A DNA stretch of 64,000 nt from Minisyncoccia bacterium. GTDB taxonomy: Bacteria > Patescibacteriota > Minisyncoccia > Phycocordibacterales > UBA5272. The position numbers were made by a program, and so were the translations under genes. Shown here one piece after another: positions 1-9,798 of this stretch. The stretch spans positions 391 through 64,390 of the forward strand of contig JBDHUS010000001.1 in NCBI GenBank assembly GCA_039809325.1, in the 5' to 3' direction. Under the pieces are notes generated by a model that saw only the letters and a program-made list of their open reading frames with translations, was not told the DNA's origin and searched no databases. Position 1 is the stretch's first letter, and each line of letters opens with the position of its first letter.

Positions 1-401
1 TTTTTTTCTGTTTCTTCAATCTTTTTTTCTTTTTCTATTTCTCTTTTATACTTCTTTAAATGATCCCAAAAATGTGGTACAGCTTTTTTATCTTTTACAA
101 CTTCTTCCATAAATTTATTCCTACTTTTAGCATAAATTTTATCAGAATAAGAAGAAATTTTTGCTACTAACATAACCCACCAGTGTAATATATTCCTATA
201 TATAATTTTAACAGAATAAAATATTTTTTTAATAAAAATTCTAAGAATAGCAAAAAATTTATTCAAAAAAACTTCATGTCCATCATATGATGGATTATAT
301 TTTTCTGGATATGTATTTAAAAAAGACATTCTAATTCTAACTATTAAAAATGCTGTTAGAAATAATACTGATGAAATTATCAAATAAGTATAAAATAACA
401 T
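1..401 (-). CDS. Hypothetical membrane protein, 3' end outside window
   Basis: Manual translation from ATG 401 (MLFYTYLIISSVLFLTAFLIVRIRM...HFWDHLKKYKREIEKE) stays open to position 1; N-terminal TM helix. Not in ORF track. Confidence 0.7.
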   Translation of the reverse strand, partial: MLFYTYLIISSVLFLTAFLIVRIRMSFLNTYPEKYNPSYDGHEVFLNKFFAILRIFIKKIFYSVKIIYRNILHWWVMLVAKISSYSDKIYAKSRNKFMEEVVKDKKAVPHFWDHLKKYKREIEKEKKIEETEK

Positions 402-440
402 AAGATTTAAATCGTTAAGACTTTAGTCTTCGTAATTTTG

Positions 441-914
441 TTAGATACCATATCTAACAAAATTTCTAATTTGTGTATTTTCTCCAAATTTTTGTATTGC
501 TGCTTCAATTTTTTGTTCAATGGTTTGTGAAGGGTCTTTTATAAAAGACTGTTTAAGTAGTGCTGTATCCTCCCCTTCTTCATCTTCATTATTTATAGAG
601 GTAGGATTCATTGCTACTATATGAAATGCGATATCATTTGCTAAAGCTTTAAATTCTTCATTTTTAGCAACAAAATCTGTCTCACACATAAGCTCAACCA
701 TTGCTGCTGCAGTTCCTCCACCATATATATAAACCCCTATAACGCCAGCCCCTAATTCCCTATTCATCTTTTTAGCTGCCGCTTCTTTTGCTTTTAATGA
801 AAGTATTTCCAAAGCTTTAATTTTATCTCCATTAGAATCTTCTAATGCTTTCTTTATTTCAGAGAGAGAAAGTCCTGTTTCATCTCTCAATTCTTTAATT
901 ATTTCTGTATTCAT
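441..914 (-). CDS. tsf: Elongation factor Ts (short form)
   Basis: IKELRDETG...KKAL UBA-like N-terminus, ELMCETDFVAKN motif; follows rpsB. Confidence 0.95.
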   Translation of the reverse strand: MNTEIIKELRDETGLSLSEIKKALEDSNGDKIKALEILSLKAKEAAAKKMNRELGAGVIGVYIYGGGTAAAMVELMCETDFVAKNEEFKALANDIAFHIVAMNPTSINNEDEEGEDTALLKQSFIKDPSQTIEQKIEAAIQKFGENTQIRNFVRYGI

Positions 915-937
915 AGTTTATATTTTTATTTTAAAAA

Positions 938-1612
938 TTAAATATTATTTTTAATAATATTTAAAATAGTTTCTACTGACGACTTTGATGAATCATTACA
1001 AATGATAGGATATTCTATAGTTGATATGTCGCAATCTGTATTAGATAATGATATTACAGGAATATGTGCTATAGCTGCTTCCCTAACTGGAATTACTTCA
1101 TGTTTTGAATCAATAACTACAATAGCTCCAGGTAAAGAGGTTAATCCTGTTAAACCGCCAAAATTTTTATCTAATTTTTCTAATTCTCTTTGCATTAAAA
1201 GTTGTTCTTTTTTTGTAAATTTTACCCACTCTCCTCTGTCTTTAGCATCAATCATATTTTGTAATTTTTCTACTCTTTTTTTAATTTGAGGAAAATTTGT
1301 AATAGATCCACCAATAAATCTATTAACTATATATGGCTCCCCTAAAGATAAAGCTATTTCTTTTACAGATTGAATAATCTCTGGTTTTTCACCAATAAAA
1401 ATAATTCTCTTTTTTTGCTCTCTTAATGATTTCAAGAAAGAAACTGCTTCTTTAATTTGATTTTTAGTTTGTTCAAGATCAATAATATCTACACCATTTT
1501 GAGTAGTATAAATTGATTTTTTGGTAGAAGGATGACGTCTAGTCTTTTGATAGCCATATCCTACACCAGCTTTTGCTAAATCTTCTATTTTGATATTTTC
1601 TATATCTGCCAT
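938..1612 (-). CDS. rpsB: 30S ribosomal protein S2
   Basis: AGVGYG, IIDL, RFIGGSITNF, REA...IPVI...NTDCD, YPIICND motifs; rpsB-tsf order. Confidence 0.95.
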   Translation of the reverse strand: MADIENIKIEDLAKAGVGYGYQKTRRHPSTKKSIYTTQNGVDIIDLEQTKNQIKEAVSFLKSLREQKKRIIFIGEKPEIIQSVKEIALSLGEPYIVNRFIGGSITNFPQIKKRVEKLQNMIDAKDRGEWVKFTKKEQLLMQRELEKLDKNFGGLTGLTSLPGAIVVIDSKHEVIPVREAAIAHIPVISLSNTDCDISTIEYPIICNDSSKSSVETILNIIKNNI

Positions 1613-1703
1613 ATTTTGTATAATAAATTAATAATATATATTTAAAAAGTCTATATATCTTACCAAATTTTTTAAATTTTAGCAAGATATATAATTTTTA
1701 AAT

Positions 1704-3050
1704 TTACTCACCATATTGTTTTAGATAATCAATTTTATCTTGAATTCCTGCTACTCTATTCATAACTTGAGTACCATATGAACAAGAACTTCCTCCTGTA
1801 CCATAATACTTACAAGCTGCCTTTACTTGTGATGAATATGAATTTGTAGCTCCTAATTGTGATAAATAATATGAAGAAGCTGTGATGGCATCTCTAGCAT
1901 TCCAAGGATTTGAAACTCCCGCTCTACTCTCTACTGAAAGCCAAGTAGAAGCAATAAACTGAGCTGGCCCCATAGCTCCACCATATCCTCCAGCTGATGG
2001 TATGGGACAAGATACTACAGTAGTTAGCGGATCAAGTCCAAGTCTCTTTGTTATAGCAATAAAAGGTTCTAGATCTCTCGTTGGCTTCATTACATTATTG
2101 TATTGTGTTTTAGTATTTATATTATATCCTGCACCACTTTCAAGATCTGACAAATAACATTTCCCTACATTTGCTCCAAGTGCTGATTCTTGAGTTAAGA
2201 TAGCAAGCACAAGTGCTGCTGGTACTCCTGTTTGATTTTCAGCTTGTTCTGCATATTTAAGAGCATCTCCAAAAGGTATTGCTTTTGTCTCTCCTCCAGC
2301 AAAACTAAATAATGCTGCTCTAATATCTGCTGCTTTTTTTTGCATTTTAACAAGTTCTTTTTTATACTCTTCTTCTTTTCCTTGTGTCTCTTTAAGAAGA
2401 GTATTTTTCTTTGCTTTATTATTATCTATTTTTGTTTGTACTGCCTTTTGTTCATTTTTAAGAGCTATTTGACTATCTTTATTATCTTCTAAGGAAGATT
2501 TCACTTTATTAACTTCATTTGAAGTTAATTTTATTTTATTTACATCTTCACTAACAGAAGATTGAAAAGCTACTATTTTATCTGCTTCTGTAAAAAATTC
2601 AGATATAGTCTTTTTGTCAAGTAAAAGATTTATAAAATTATTCGTTCCGTCAAAGAAATACATATTTCGAAGAGCATTTGATAAAGCAATTTTTTGTTTA
2701 TCTAAAGTGTTTGATAAATCATTTAATTCTATATTTTTATTCACTATTTGACTATTTAATAAAGATATATTTCCATCAATCTTTTTGATTTCTAATTTTT
2801 TCTCATCTATTTGAGCTTGTAGAAGCTTAATTTCTTTAGATAAAGTATTTTTTTCTTTTTCTGTAGAAGATATAATTTTTTGTTGCTCTAACATTAATTT
2901 ATCTAGATCAGCTAAATCTTTTAGTAATCTTATTTTTTTCTCTTCTTCTGTTTCAGCAAAAGTATTTTTTATACTTAAAAAAGAGAAAGGTATAATTAAA
3001 ATAAAAAAGGATAATATTATATATCTCTTATACTTATTTAAAAAACTCAT
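1704..3050 (-). CDS. Secreted coiled-coil protein with C-terminal lytic transglycosylase-like domain
   Basis: Signal peptide, long coiled coil, AILTQES catalytic-type motif and GAMGPAQFI(A)STW. Confidence 0.8.
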   Translation of the reverse strand: MSFLNKYKRYIILSFFILIIPFSFLSIKNTFAETEEEKKIRLLKDLADLDKLMLEQQKIISSTEKEKNTLSKEIKLLQAQIDEKKLEIKKIDGNISLLNSQIVNKNIELNDLSNTLDKQKIALSNALRNMYFFDGTNNFINLLLDKKTISEFFTEADKIVAFQSSVSEDVNKIKLTSNEVNKVKSSLEDNKDSQIALKNEQKAVQTKIDNNKAKKNTLLKETQGKEEEYKKELVKMQKKAADIRAALFSFAGGETKAIPFGDALKYAEQAENQTGVPAALVLAILTQESALGANVGKCYLSDLESGAGYNINTKTQYNNVMKPTRDLEPFIAITKRLGLDPLTTVVSCPIPSAGGYGGAMGPAQFIASTWLSVESRAGVSNPWNARDAITASSYYLSQLGATNSYSSQVKAACKYYGTGGSSCSYGTQVMNRVAGIQDKIDYLKQYGE

Positions 3051-3111
3051 ATAAGATAATTATATCATATACAAATAATTAAAAATATTAACTTAACTTT
3101 ACTTAACACTC

Positions 3112-3150
3112 AATCAAAAAAACACTTTTATAAAAAAGTGTTTTTTTGAT
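3112..3150. terminator. Intrinsic terminator hairpin after rplY
   Basis: ATCAAAAAAACACTTTT...AAAAGTGTTTTTTTGAT inverted repeat. Confidence 0.65.
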
Positions 3151-3164
3151 GAAATATATAGAAT

Positions 3165-3782
3165 TTATTCTTGAGTTTCTTCCTTTTTTCCTTTTTCTGC
3201 TACTTCAATATTTGAAATATCGCTTTCTATTGGCGCTGAGAGATCTTCTTCTTTTGCTATAGAGGTAGAAGCTACAACTTCATCTTCATCTACATGATAC
3301 AATTTTACACCTGCTGGAAGTTTAATATCTTTTACTAAAATTACAGATTCAGCAGTAGTAAGTAATGATAAATCAACCTCTAAAGAGTGAGGTAAATGCG
3401 CCGCATCTGCTTCTATATGAAGATCATGCATAACTTTTGCAAGAGTTCCACCGTGAGTTTTAACACCTTCTGAAATCCCTATAAATTCTAATGGTACTTT
3501 TGCATCTATTTTTGCACCTTTTTCTACAATATAAAAATCAACATGTATAGGAACATATTTTACAGGATCATAAGAAACATCCTGAACTAAAGCTTGAATC
3601 TTTTTTTCTTCTCCCTCTAAAGAAATAATAGAGGATTGCCTAGCTTCTCTATAAACTTTCATAAAATCTATAGCATTAACAAAAATAGGAGTAGCTTTCT
3701 CTTTTGTTCCATAGTATACAGCCTTAAGCATATCTTCTTTTCTTTCTCCTTTTTCTCTTTTTGTAAAATTTAACGATAACAT
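3165..3782 (-). CDS. rplY: 50S ribosomal protein L25/Ctc
   Basis: AVYYG, DVSYDPV...HVDFY, VPLEFIG, LPHSLEVDLS motifs. Confidence 0.92.
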   Translation of the reverse strand: MLSLNFTKREKGERKEDMLKAVYYGTKEKATPIFVNAIDFMKVYREARQSSIISLEGEEKKIQALVQDVSYDPVKYVPIHVDFYIVEKGAKIDAKVPLEFIGISEGVKTHGGTLAKVMHDLHIEADAAHLPHSLEVDLSLLTTAESVILVKDIKLPAGVKLYHVDEDEVVASTSIAKEEDLSAPIESDISNIEVAEKGKKEETQE

Positions 3783-3819
3783 ATATTTATATTTAATAAT
3801 TAATACTATAAAAACAAAA

Positions 3820-3975
3820 TTACTTCTTAGTTTCTTTCATTATTACATGTTTACGAAGTTTTTTATCAAATTTTTTAAGTTCAATCTTTCTCGTGACTAG
3901 CTTTTTGTTTTTTTTTGTATAATAAGTTGTGCCTGTAGCTTTGTTTACAAGTTTAATTAATTTATCTTGAGCCAT
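3820..3975 (-). CDS. rpmG: 50S ribosomal protein L33 (Zn-free form)
   Basis: Manual translation MAQDKLIKLVNKATGTTYYTKKNKKLVTRKIELKKFDKKLRKHVIMKETKK; too short for ORF track. Confidence 0.93.
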   Translation of the reverse strand: MAQDKLIKLVNKATGTTYYTKKNKKLVTRKIELKKFDKKLRKHVIMKETKK

Positions 3976-4056
3976 AATTTTATTAATAAATGATTAATGA
4001 AATATACTATATTTTTTACTTTTTTGCAAATAATTAAAGTAAAACTATAATAATAA

Positions 4057-5499
4057 TTAAAAATCAAACCTACTCTCTAAATACTTATCTAAATCTATAA
4101 TCTTCACTCTTTCCTGCTCCATAGTATCTCTATCACGGACTGTCACTGACTCATCACTCACACTATCGTAGTCAAAAGTTATACAATATGGAGTCCCTAT
4201 CTCATCTTGTCTTCTATATCTTTTTCCAATACTTCCAGAAATATCAAATTCTGCAAAATACTTTTTTGATAAATCTTTCCAGATCTTGCGAGCCGGCTCT
4301 AATAATTCTTCTTTTTTAAATAGTGGAAATACTGCTACTTTTACCGGAGAAAGCCTTTTATCTAATTTCAATACTACTCTCTCTTCTGTATTACTATTTT
4401 TATCTTGCAATTTTTCTTTTGTATATGCATTATCTATAAAAGCAAGCATCATGCGAGCAACTCCAACTGAAGTTTCTACAATGTGAGGAATAAATCTTTC
4501 ACGAGTAATTTCATCAAAATATGTTAAATCCTTCCCAGAAAATTTTTGATGTTGTGATAAATCCCAATCTCCTCTAGCATGAATTCCTTCTAATTCTTTT
4601 GGATCTCCACCCAACATTTTATATTTATACTCAATATCATATGCATCACTAGCATAATGAGCTAATTTTTCATGCTTATACCAATTAAGACTATCTTTTT
4701 CAATCCCATATTCTAAATAAAAATTCCATCTATATTTTTTCCACTCATTAAAATATTCTTCTGTGGTGTTACCGTCTGCGGAAACTGGATTAAAAAAATA
4801 CTGCATTTCCATTTGTTCAAATTCTCTTGTTCTAAAAATAAATTGTTTTGTTACTATTTCATTTCTAAAAGCTTTTCCAATTTGGGCTATACCAAAAGGA
4901 AGTTTTGGGTGTAAAGAGTCTAATGTATTTTTATACTCTAAATAAATTCCTCCACAAGTTTCTGGTCTTAAATATACAACATTTTCTTCATTAAGAGCTT
5001 CTGTTGGAGAACCAAGATTACTTTTTACCATTAAAGAAAATATTTTTGCTTCTGTTAATTCTGCTTTGCCACAATTTGCACATATTAATTTTTTTTCTAA
5101 TCCTAATTTGTCTAATTCTTTATTTATAAAGTCTAAAGAAGCTTTATCAGCATTTATATCAAAACTCTCTAAGATATGATCTGCTCGAAATCTCATTTTA
5201 CAATTCTTGCAATCTATTTGTGGGTCATTAAAGGTATCAATATGACCGGAAGCTTTCCAGGTTGTAGGATGCATAAATATTCCAGAGTCGAGAGCTAAAA
5301 CATCGTCTCTTTCTTGAATCATGCTTTTCATCCAAGCATCTTTAATATTTTTTAAAAGTAAATATCCATAATGTCCATAATCATAAACACCATTAAATCC
5401 TCCGTATATTTCACTTGAAGGATACACAAATCCCCTACTCTTTAGAAAAGCAATCATTTCTATCATTAAATTATTTTCTTCTTTTTTCTTTTCTGACAT
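4057..5499 (-). CDS. glyQS: Glycine--tRNA ligase (homodimeric class IIa type)
   Basis: YDYG, YLRPETC, GIAQIGKAFRNEI, FRTREFEQME, GSIGKRYRRQDEIGTP. Confidence 0.96.
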   Translation of the reverse strand: MSEKKKEENNLMIEMIAFLKSRGFVYPSSEIYGGFNGVYDYGHYGYLLLKNIKDAWMKSMIQERDDVLALDSGIFMHPTTWKASGHIDTFNDPQIDCKNCKMRFRADHILESFDINADKASLDFINKELDKLGLEKKLICANCGKAELTEAKIFSLMVKSNLGSPTEALNEENVVYLRPETCGGIYLEYKNTLDSLHPKLPFGIAQIGKAFRNEIVTKQFIFRTREFEQMEMQYFFNPVSADGNTTEEYFNEWKKYRWNFYLEYGIEKDSLNWYKHEKLAHYASDAYDIEYKYKMLGGDPKELEGIHARGDWDLSQHQKFSGKDLTYFDEITRERFIPHIVETSVGVARMMLAFIDNAYTKEKLQDKNSNTEERVVLKLDKRLSPVKVAVFPLFKKEELLEPARKIWKDLSKKYFAEFDISGSIGKRYRRQDEIGTPYCITFDYDSVSDESVTVRDRDTMEQERVKIIDLDKYLESRFDF

Positions 5500-5508
5500 A
5501 TATATTCT

Positions 5509-5757
5509 TTAATTAAAAAAGCTTGTTATAAATTTATATATTGATGATGCTGAATATATTATCACAAGGCCAAGAAGCCCCCAAAGCATATGATTTCTAC
5601 CTTTTATAACATCATCACCATGATTTTTAGCTTTAGCATATAAAAATACAAATACCCCCCATAAAAACCACACAAAAGCAAGAGCTGAAACAACATATAT
5701 AAGAGGATTTACAAATTCTGCAATTATTACATTAACGGTTTTATCTATTATTTCCAT
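5509..5757 (-). CDS. Small pilin-like membrane protein (TrbC/VirB2-like CPR pilin)
   Basis: Two TM helices around KGRNHMLWGLLGLVII; likely start ATG 5757. Confidence 0.7.
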   Translation of the reverse strand: MEIIDKTVNVIIAEFVNPLIYVVSALAFVWFLWGVFVFLYAKAKNHGDDVIKGRNHMLWGLLGLVIIYSASSIYKFITSFFN

Positions 5758-5787
5758 GTTTTTAATAATATAAAATATTATATCATA

Positions 5788-5824
5788 AATCAAAATCACT
5801 ATTCTTAGAATAGTGATTTTGATT
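5788..5824. terminator. Perfect 18-bp inverted repeat / terminator
   Basis: AATCAAAATCACTATTCT-T-AGAATAGTGATTTTGATT. Confidence 0.6.
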
Positions 5825-5850
5825 ATTTAGATAATCTTAATAATTATTCC

Positions 5851-6477
5851 CTATCTAATAGGTAAAACTGGAGCATTTACCTGCACATTTGGATTGATTC
5901 CTATAAAGTCTCCAAAAAATGCAATAATCCCCCATAATGTAACCATTATAAATATAGCAATTAAAGAATACATCATGTTTTGAAGAGCCTCTTTTCTTTT
6001 TCCTGCATCATTCTTACCTTTAATTAAATACATTATTAAGAACCAGAAGAAGAATACTACACCTAATCCTAAAAGGATCGGTGGAAGTAATCTTACAATT
6101 CCTCCAATTCCTCCAATAAGATTACTAAAAAAAGATAAGTCTGCTTGATTTGCTCCCATTTGTCTTTGATAACTACCTTGTGTATATGATGGACCTCCTT
6201 GTGCTCCACCTGTACCATTTGGTTGACACATTGGTTGTCCATTTACATTTACAAGTGTATAACCTTGTTGACATGTTGGAATACCTGTTTGGCCTTGTTG
6301 CCCCGGTTGTCCAGTTGTACTACCACCTCCGACAGGAATACATACTCCACCAGAGATTTGTCCTGGTCCTCCATTTGCAGTAACACAAACTTGCTGTGCA
6401 GAAACACCTGAAAATGAGAATATGAAAGCAAAAGCTATCAATAATACAATAACATTTTTATTAATAAAGTTTTTCAT
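5851..6477 (-). CDS. Pilin-like protein with Cys/Gly/Gln-rich N-terminal extension
   Basis: Signal peptide, Cys pairs in a G/Q-rich region, C-terminal pilin-like helices (MMYSLIAIFIMVTLWGII). Confidence 0.7.
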   Translation of the reverse strand: MKNFINKNVIVLLIAFAFIFSFSGVSAQQVCVTANGGPGQISGGVCIPVGGGSTTGQPGQQGQTGIPTCQQGYTLVNVNGQPMCQPNGTGGAQGGPSYTQGSYQRQMGANQADLSFFSNLIGGIGGIVRLLPPILLGLGVVFFFWFLIMYLIKGKNDAGKRKEALQNMMYSLIAIFIMVTLWGIIAFFGDFIGINPNVQVNAPVLPIR

Positions 6478-6703
6478 AATTTTTATATTAATATAATTAT
6501 AATTTTAAGATTATCTTTCTAAATAACCTATGCATAAATTATAGCATTAAAAATGCTATTGCAATATAATTATTCACAATTAAAAATAGCCGCCAACTCG
6601 ACACAATCTTATATCAAAACCGTTGATATCGTCATGTGTTTTGTCATATGACGATATGTTATTTTAATATATATTGTGTGAATTAGCGACTAGTGAAGCC
6701 TGC

Positions 6704-6982
6704 CTATTTTGTCTTTTTCTTGCTTTTGTCCTCTTTAGTACCTAAAAGTACTACAAGGACAAACCAAATTGCTAAAATTATAATTCCTAATCTGAATATT
6801 CCATTCCATGGAATATGGCTAAGAAAATGATTAAAGAAACTTTGGAGTCCGCTGGATTGCAACCTGCCCGAGAACATAGAAATAAAGAAGATTGCCAAAA
6901 AAAATAGCGGAAAACCTACATACACAAAAGATTCTTTAATAGCTTCTTTTGGTGTGATTTCATCCTTTTTTTTGTCTGCCAT
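6704..6982 (-). CDS. Small hypothetical two-TM protein
   Basis: 92 aa ORF, two hydrophobic segments, Lys-rich ends. Confidence 0.65.
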   Translation of the reverse strand: MADKKKDEITPKEAIKESFVYVGFPLFFLAIFFISMFSGRLQSSGLQSFFNHFLSHIPWNGIFRLGIIILAIWFVLVVLLGTKEDKSKKKTK

Positions 6983-6998
6983 TTTTACAGTTTTAAGG

Positions 6999-7244
6999 TT
7001 AAGATTTTTTTTCTTCTTTTTTTTCTTCTTTTGGTTTTGAGTCTTTCATAACTGAAACCAAAAATACAGGCATGATGCCAATAATTAAAGTTAGAAGAGC
7101 CACTAGGGTTGCAAGCATGTTTCCACCCTTATCAAGAATTTTAGAAACAATCGCCCCTCCTACAGTAAAAACTCCAAGCATATAAAGGACTGAAGCTAGG
7201 TGCATACTTTTTGCTTGTTCAAGGTTATCTTTGTTTATTGCCAT
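6999..7244 (-). CDS. Small hypothetical two-TM protein
   Basis: Likely start ATG 7244 (MAINKDNLEQ...), charged C-terminal tail. Confidence 0.65.
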   Translation of the reverse strand: MAINKDNLEQAKSMHLASVLYMLGVFTVGGAIVSKILDKGGNMLATLVALLTLIIGIMPVFLVSVMKDSKPKEEKKEEKKS

Positions 7245-7339
7245 AATAAAAATTTTTAAAGCTTTAAAAAATAAATAAAGAAAACCGCTCTCCGAAATAG
7301 GCATTCGCCTCATAACAAAGAACAGCTGATATCTTTTAT

Positions 7340-7368
7340 AGTATATACATGATTAAAAAATTTGTCAA
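7340..7368 (-). promoter_or_regulatory. Sigma70 promoter TTGACA-N17-TATACT
   Basis: Near-consensus promoter upstream of the two small membrane genes, followed by boxA-like TGTTCTTTG. Confidence 0.7.
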
Positions 7369-7408
7369 GAATTTGTATTAGTCCGTCAGATGATAGAGTT
7401 TTTAATCT

Positions 7409-7648
7409 TTATCTATTATCTTTCATATAAAAATAGCTTTTTCCAGTAGTTCCACAATATAATCCTGATTGACACTCATCATCTTCTTTACAAGTTGCAC
7501 CTAAGGGTAATGTTATAAAATTAGAAATAACACGTATCGATTTGTTAGTCACACCTCGAAAAGTAAAATCGTTGAGAATTTTACAATTTCCACTCTCACA
7601 ATCAGAATTCTCTTTACATTCTTGACCATTAGCTTTTTTATATGCAAT
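7409..7648 (-). pseudogene. Silent in-frame Cys-rich C-terminal extension of the 7649-8629 pilin-like gene
   Basis: Directly after TAA 7649-7651 the same frame reads IAYKKANGQECKENSDCESGNCK...LGATCKEDDECQSGLYCGTTGK (79 codons), with no plausible start of its own. Confidence 0.7.
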
Positions 7649-8629
7649 TTAAGGATTAGGACAATCTTTAACCACTATTCCTGTAAAAGTTGTTTTCTGC
7701 CCTGTTTGTACTACTAAAGCCTCCCATGTTTCTTTACCAACTTCTCCATCTACACCCAATCCATTTACTTTTTGAAAATTTTTAACAAAAGCAGCATCAG
7801 CTTCATCATATGTTGTACTAAAAGTATAATTACTTGGCATACAATTATGCTTTTTTAATAAATTCTCAAGTAAGGTAAAAGCTTTTTTATCTGGTGAAGC
7901 ACCTGCTTCTAATGTAGACTTTGCTCCTATTTTAATAACTGGATATAAGTCTTTATTATCAAATACATTTTCTCTTTTTACTCCTCCAGCATCATTTTGT
8001 ATAGGACTATTTTTAGGTCTACATTGCCCTACTTCACCTTTTTTTAATGAAGCGCCTCCAGGACCTAAACAATATAATCCTGAAACACATTGTGATTTTT
8101 CTCCTTCTTGTACAACACAAGTCTCACCAGTTTTTTTAGTATTAAGAAAATCATCTTCATTACCCAAAACATTTTTTTCAGGTTTTTTCTCACCACTACC
8201 AGTACCCCCTCCACTACCTGTATTTAATGTTGCAAATCTTACAGGTTCAATAACTATTTCATTCCCTTTTATTTGAAGTAGCCCTTGTGCTAATTTTATA
8301 ATTCCCCAAACGGAAACCATAACAAAAAGAGAAATAAGTCCCCACATCATAAATTCTTTTCCTTTTTTTAATTCATTACCATCTTTTCCTTGAGCTCTAT
8401 CGTAAATAAATTTTGCAAGCCCATAAAAAAATATAACAAATGCTGCAGTCATTAAAAGAGTGCTCGCACTAGTTAATACATTATTAGTAATATTGTTTGC
8501 TACTTCTTTAAAGCTTTGACTTGCTGTGTATGCATTATCTTGTGCGAAAACTAAATTTAAATTCAAAAGAAAAATAAAAAGAAAAATAGAAATTGATTTT
8601 ATTTTTATTTTTATATTATTTATTTTCAT
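7649..8629 (-). CDS. Pilin-like protein with Cys-rich module and peptidoglycan-binding domain
   Basis: KGKEFMMWGLISLFVMVSVWGII pilin motif; VKNFQKVNGLGVDGEVGKETWEAL is PG_binding_1-like; likely start ATG 8629. Confidence 0.8.
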   Translation of the reverse strand: MKINNIKIKIKSISIFLFIFLLNLNLVFAQDNAYTASQSFKEVANNITNNVLTSASTLLMTAAFVIFFYGLAKFIYDRAQGKDGNELKKGKEFMMWGLISLFVMVSVWGIIKLAQGLLQIKGNEIVIEPVRFATLNTGSGGGTGSGEKKPEKNVLGNEDDFLNTKKTGETCVVQEGEKSQCVSGLYCLGPGGASLKKGEVGQCRPKNSPIQNDAGGVKRENVFDNKDLYPVIKIGAKSTLEAGASPDKKAFTLLENLLKKHNCMPSNYTFSTTYDEADAAFVKNFQKVNGLGVDGEVGKETWEALVVQTGQKTTFTGIVVKDCPNP

Positions 8630-8661
8630 ATTTTTATTTATTAAACTTTGATTTAAAATTA

Positions 8662-9744
8662 TTAAGGTAATATTACACATTTCCCCGTAGATCCTGCTTT
8701 TTGTGTAGAACTTTTACAATAATATCCTCCCACACATTCTGTGTTACTATTTCCACCTTCTAATACAGTACAAATTTCTCCTGGGGCTTTTTTAGAATCA
8801 GGAAGAATTGTACATTTTCCCGTAGATCCTGCTTTTTGTGTAGAACTTTTACAATAATATCCTCCCACACATTCTGTGTTACTATTTCCACCTTCTAATA
8901 CAGTACAAATTTCTCCTGGGGCTTTTTTAGAACCAGTTGGAGAAATAGCTTTTGATTCTAATTTACAAGTGCCTTTTTGTGTACCTATTAATTCTACTCC
9001 TCTTTCATCTTGACAAGAAAGACCTGGACCGCAACTATTAGATTCTGTTGTCATACCTCCTAAACATTGCTGATTAAGCTGTAGTCCTACTTTTCTACAT
9101 ATTCCTTCTCCACTTGATAATGGTCCTCCTGTTAATTTATCTCTACAACCTAAACCTGTATCACAAATAAATCCAGGGGTGGTCGCTCCGGCAGTGCAAG
9201 CATCTCCTTCTGAAATATTTGCTCCTACATCTCCTCCTACATCTCTACCTAATATACTAGGATCTGGCTTTTTCTCATCAAATACTCCACCTCCACCTTG
9301 AGAAGGTTTATCTGATTTGGTTGTATCACAAGATCCATTAACACAAATTCTTGGTAAATTTATATCATTATTACCTTGCATACCTAAAATACCTTGTACT
9401 AATTTTATAATGCCCCAAACAGATACAAGTATAAATAAGGCGCCTAGTCCCCAAGTCATACCTTTTTTATCTCTTGCTAAACTTTTTTCATCACCTCTTG
9501 CTCTGTCATAGATAAATTTCACAAGTCCAAAAAGAAATGCCGCAAGTGCTGCACCACTAAAAAGTATTACTAAATTATCTACTATATTTTTATTAAAATT
9601 TAAAATGATTCCTCCAACATCTGCAAAGTCTGGCGTGTTATTAAATATGTTACCAGAAGTAGCCGCTAAAGAATGATTTAAAATCAAAGCAAAAGATAAA
9701 ATAAAAACTATAATTAATTTAAATTTAATATTTTTTTTAGACAT
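8662..9744 (-). CDS. Pilin-like protein with four 4-Cys repeat modules
   Basis: MTWGLGALFILVSVWGII pilin motif followed by GxxC...C..G..C...G.C modules. Confidence 0.8.
   Translation of the reverse strand: MSKKNIKFKLIIVFILSFALILNHSLAATSGNIFNNTPDFADVGGIILNFNKNIVDNLVILFSGAALAAFLFGLVKFIYDRARGDEKSLARDKKGMTWGLGALFILVSVWGIIKLVQGILGMQGNNDINLPRICVNGSCDTTKSDKPSQGGGGVFDEKKPDPSILGRDVGGDVGANISEGDACTAGATTPGFICDTGLGCRDKLTGGPLSSGEGICRKVGLQLNQQCLGGMTTESNSCGPGLSCQDERGVELIGTQKGTCKLESKAISPTGSKKAPGEICTVLEGGNSNTECVGGYYCKSSTQKAGSTGKCTILPDSKKAPGEICTVLEGGNSNTECVGGYYCKSSTQKAGSTGKCVILP
8684..8932. repeat. 135-bp tandem duplication (45-aa Cys-rich module)
   Basis: 8684-8797 and 8819-8932 are identical (period 135 bp); encodes KKAPGEICTVLEGGNSNTECVGGYYCKSSTQKAGSTGKC twice. 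Confidence 0.95.
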
Positions 9745-9798
9745 AGGTTTGTGGCAGAATTTATATCTAAAATTATACCATGATTATTTTCATTTTTT

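Noticed and set aside
8684-8932. 135-bp repeat pair as a DGR TR/VR
   Set aside because: The cores are identical, flanking differences are not adenine-restricted, and both copies are in-frame tandem coding repeats.
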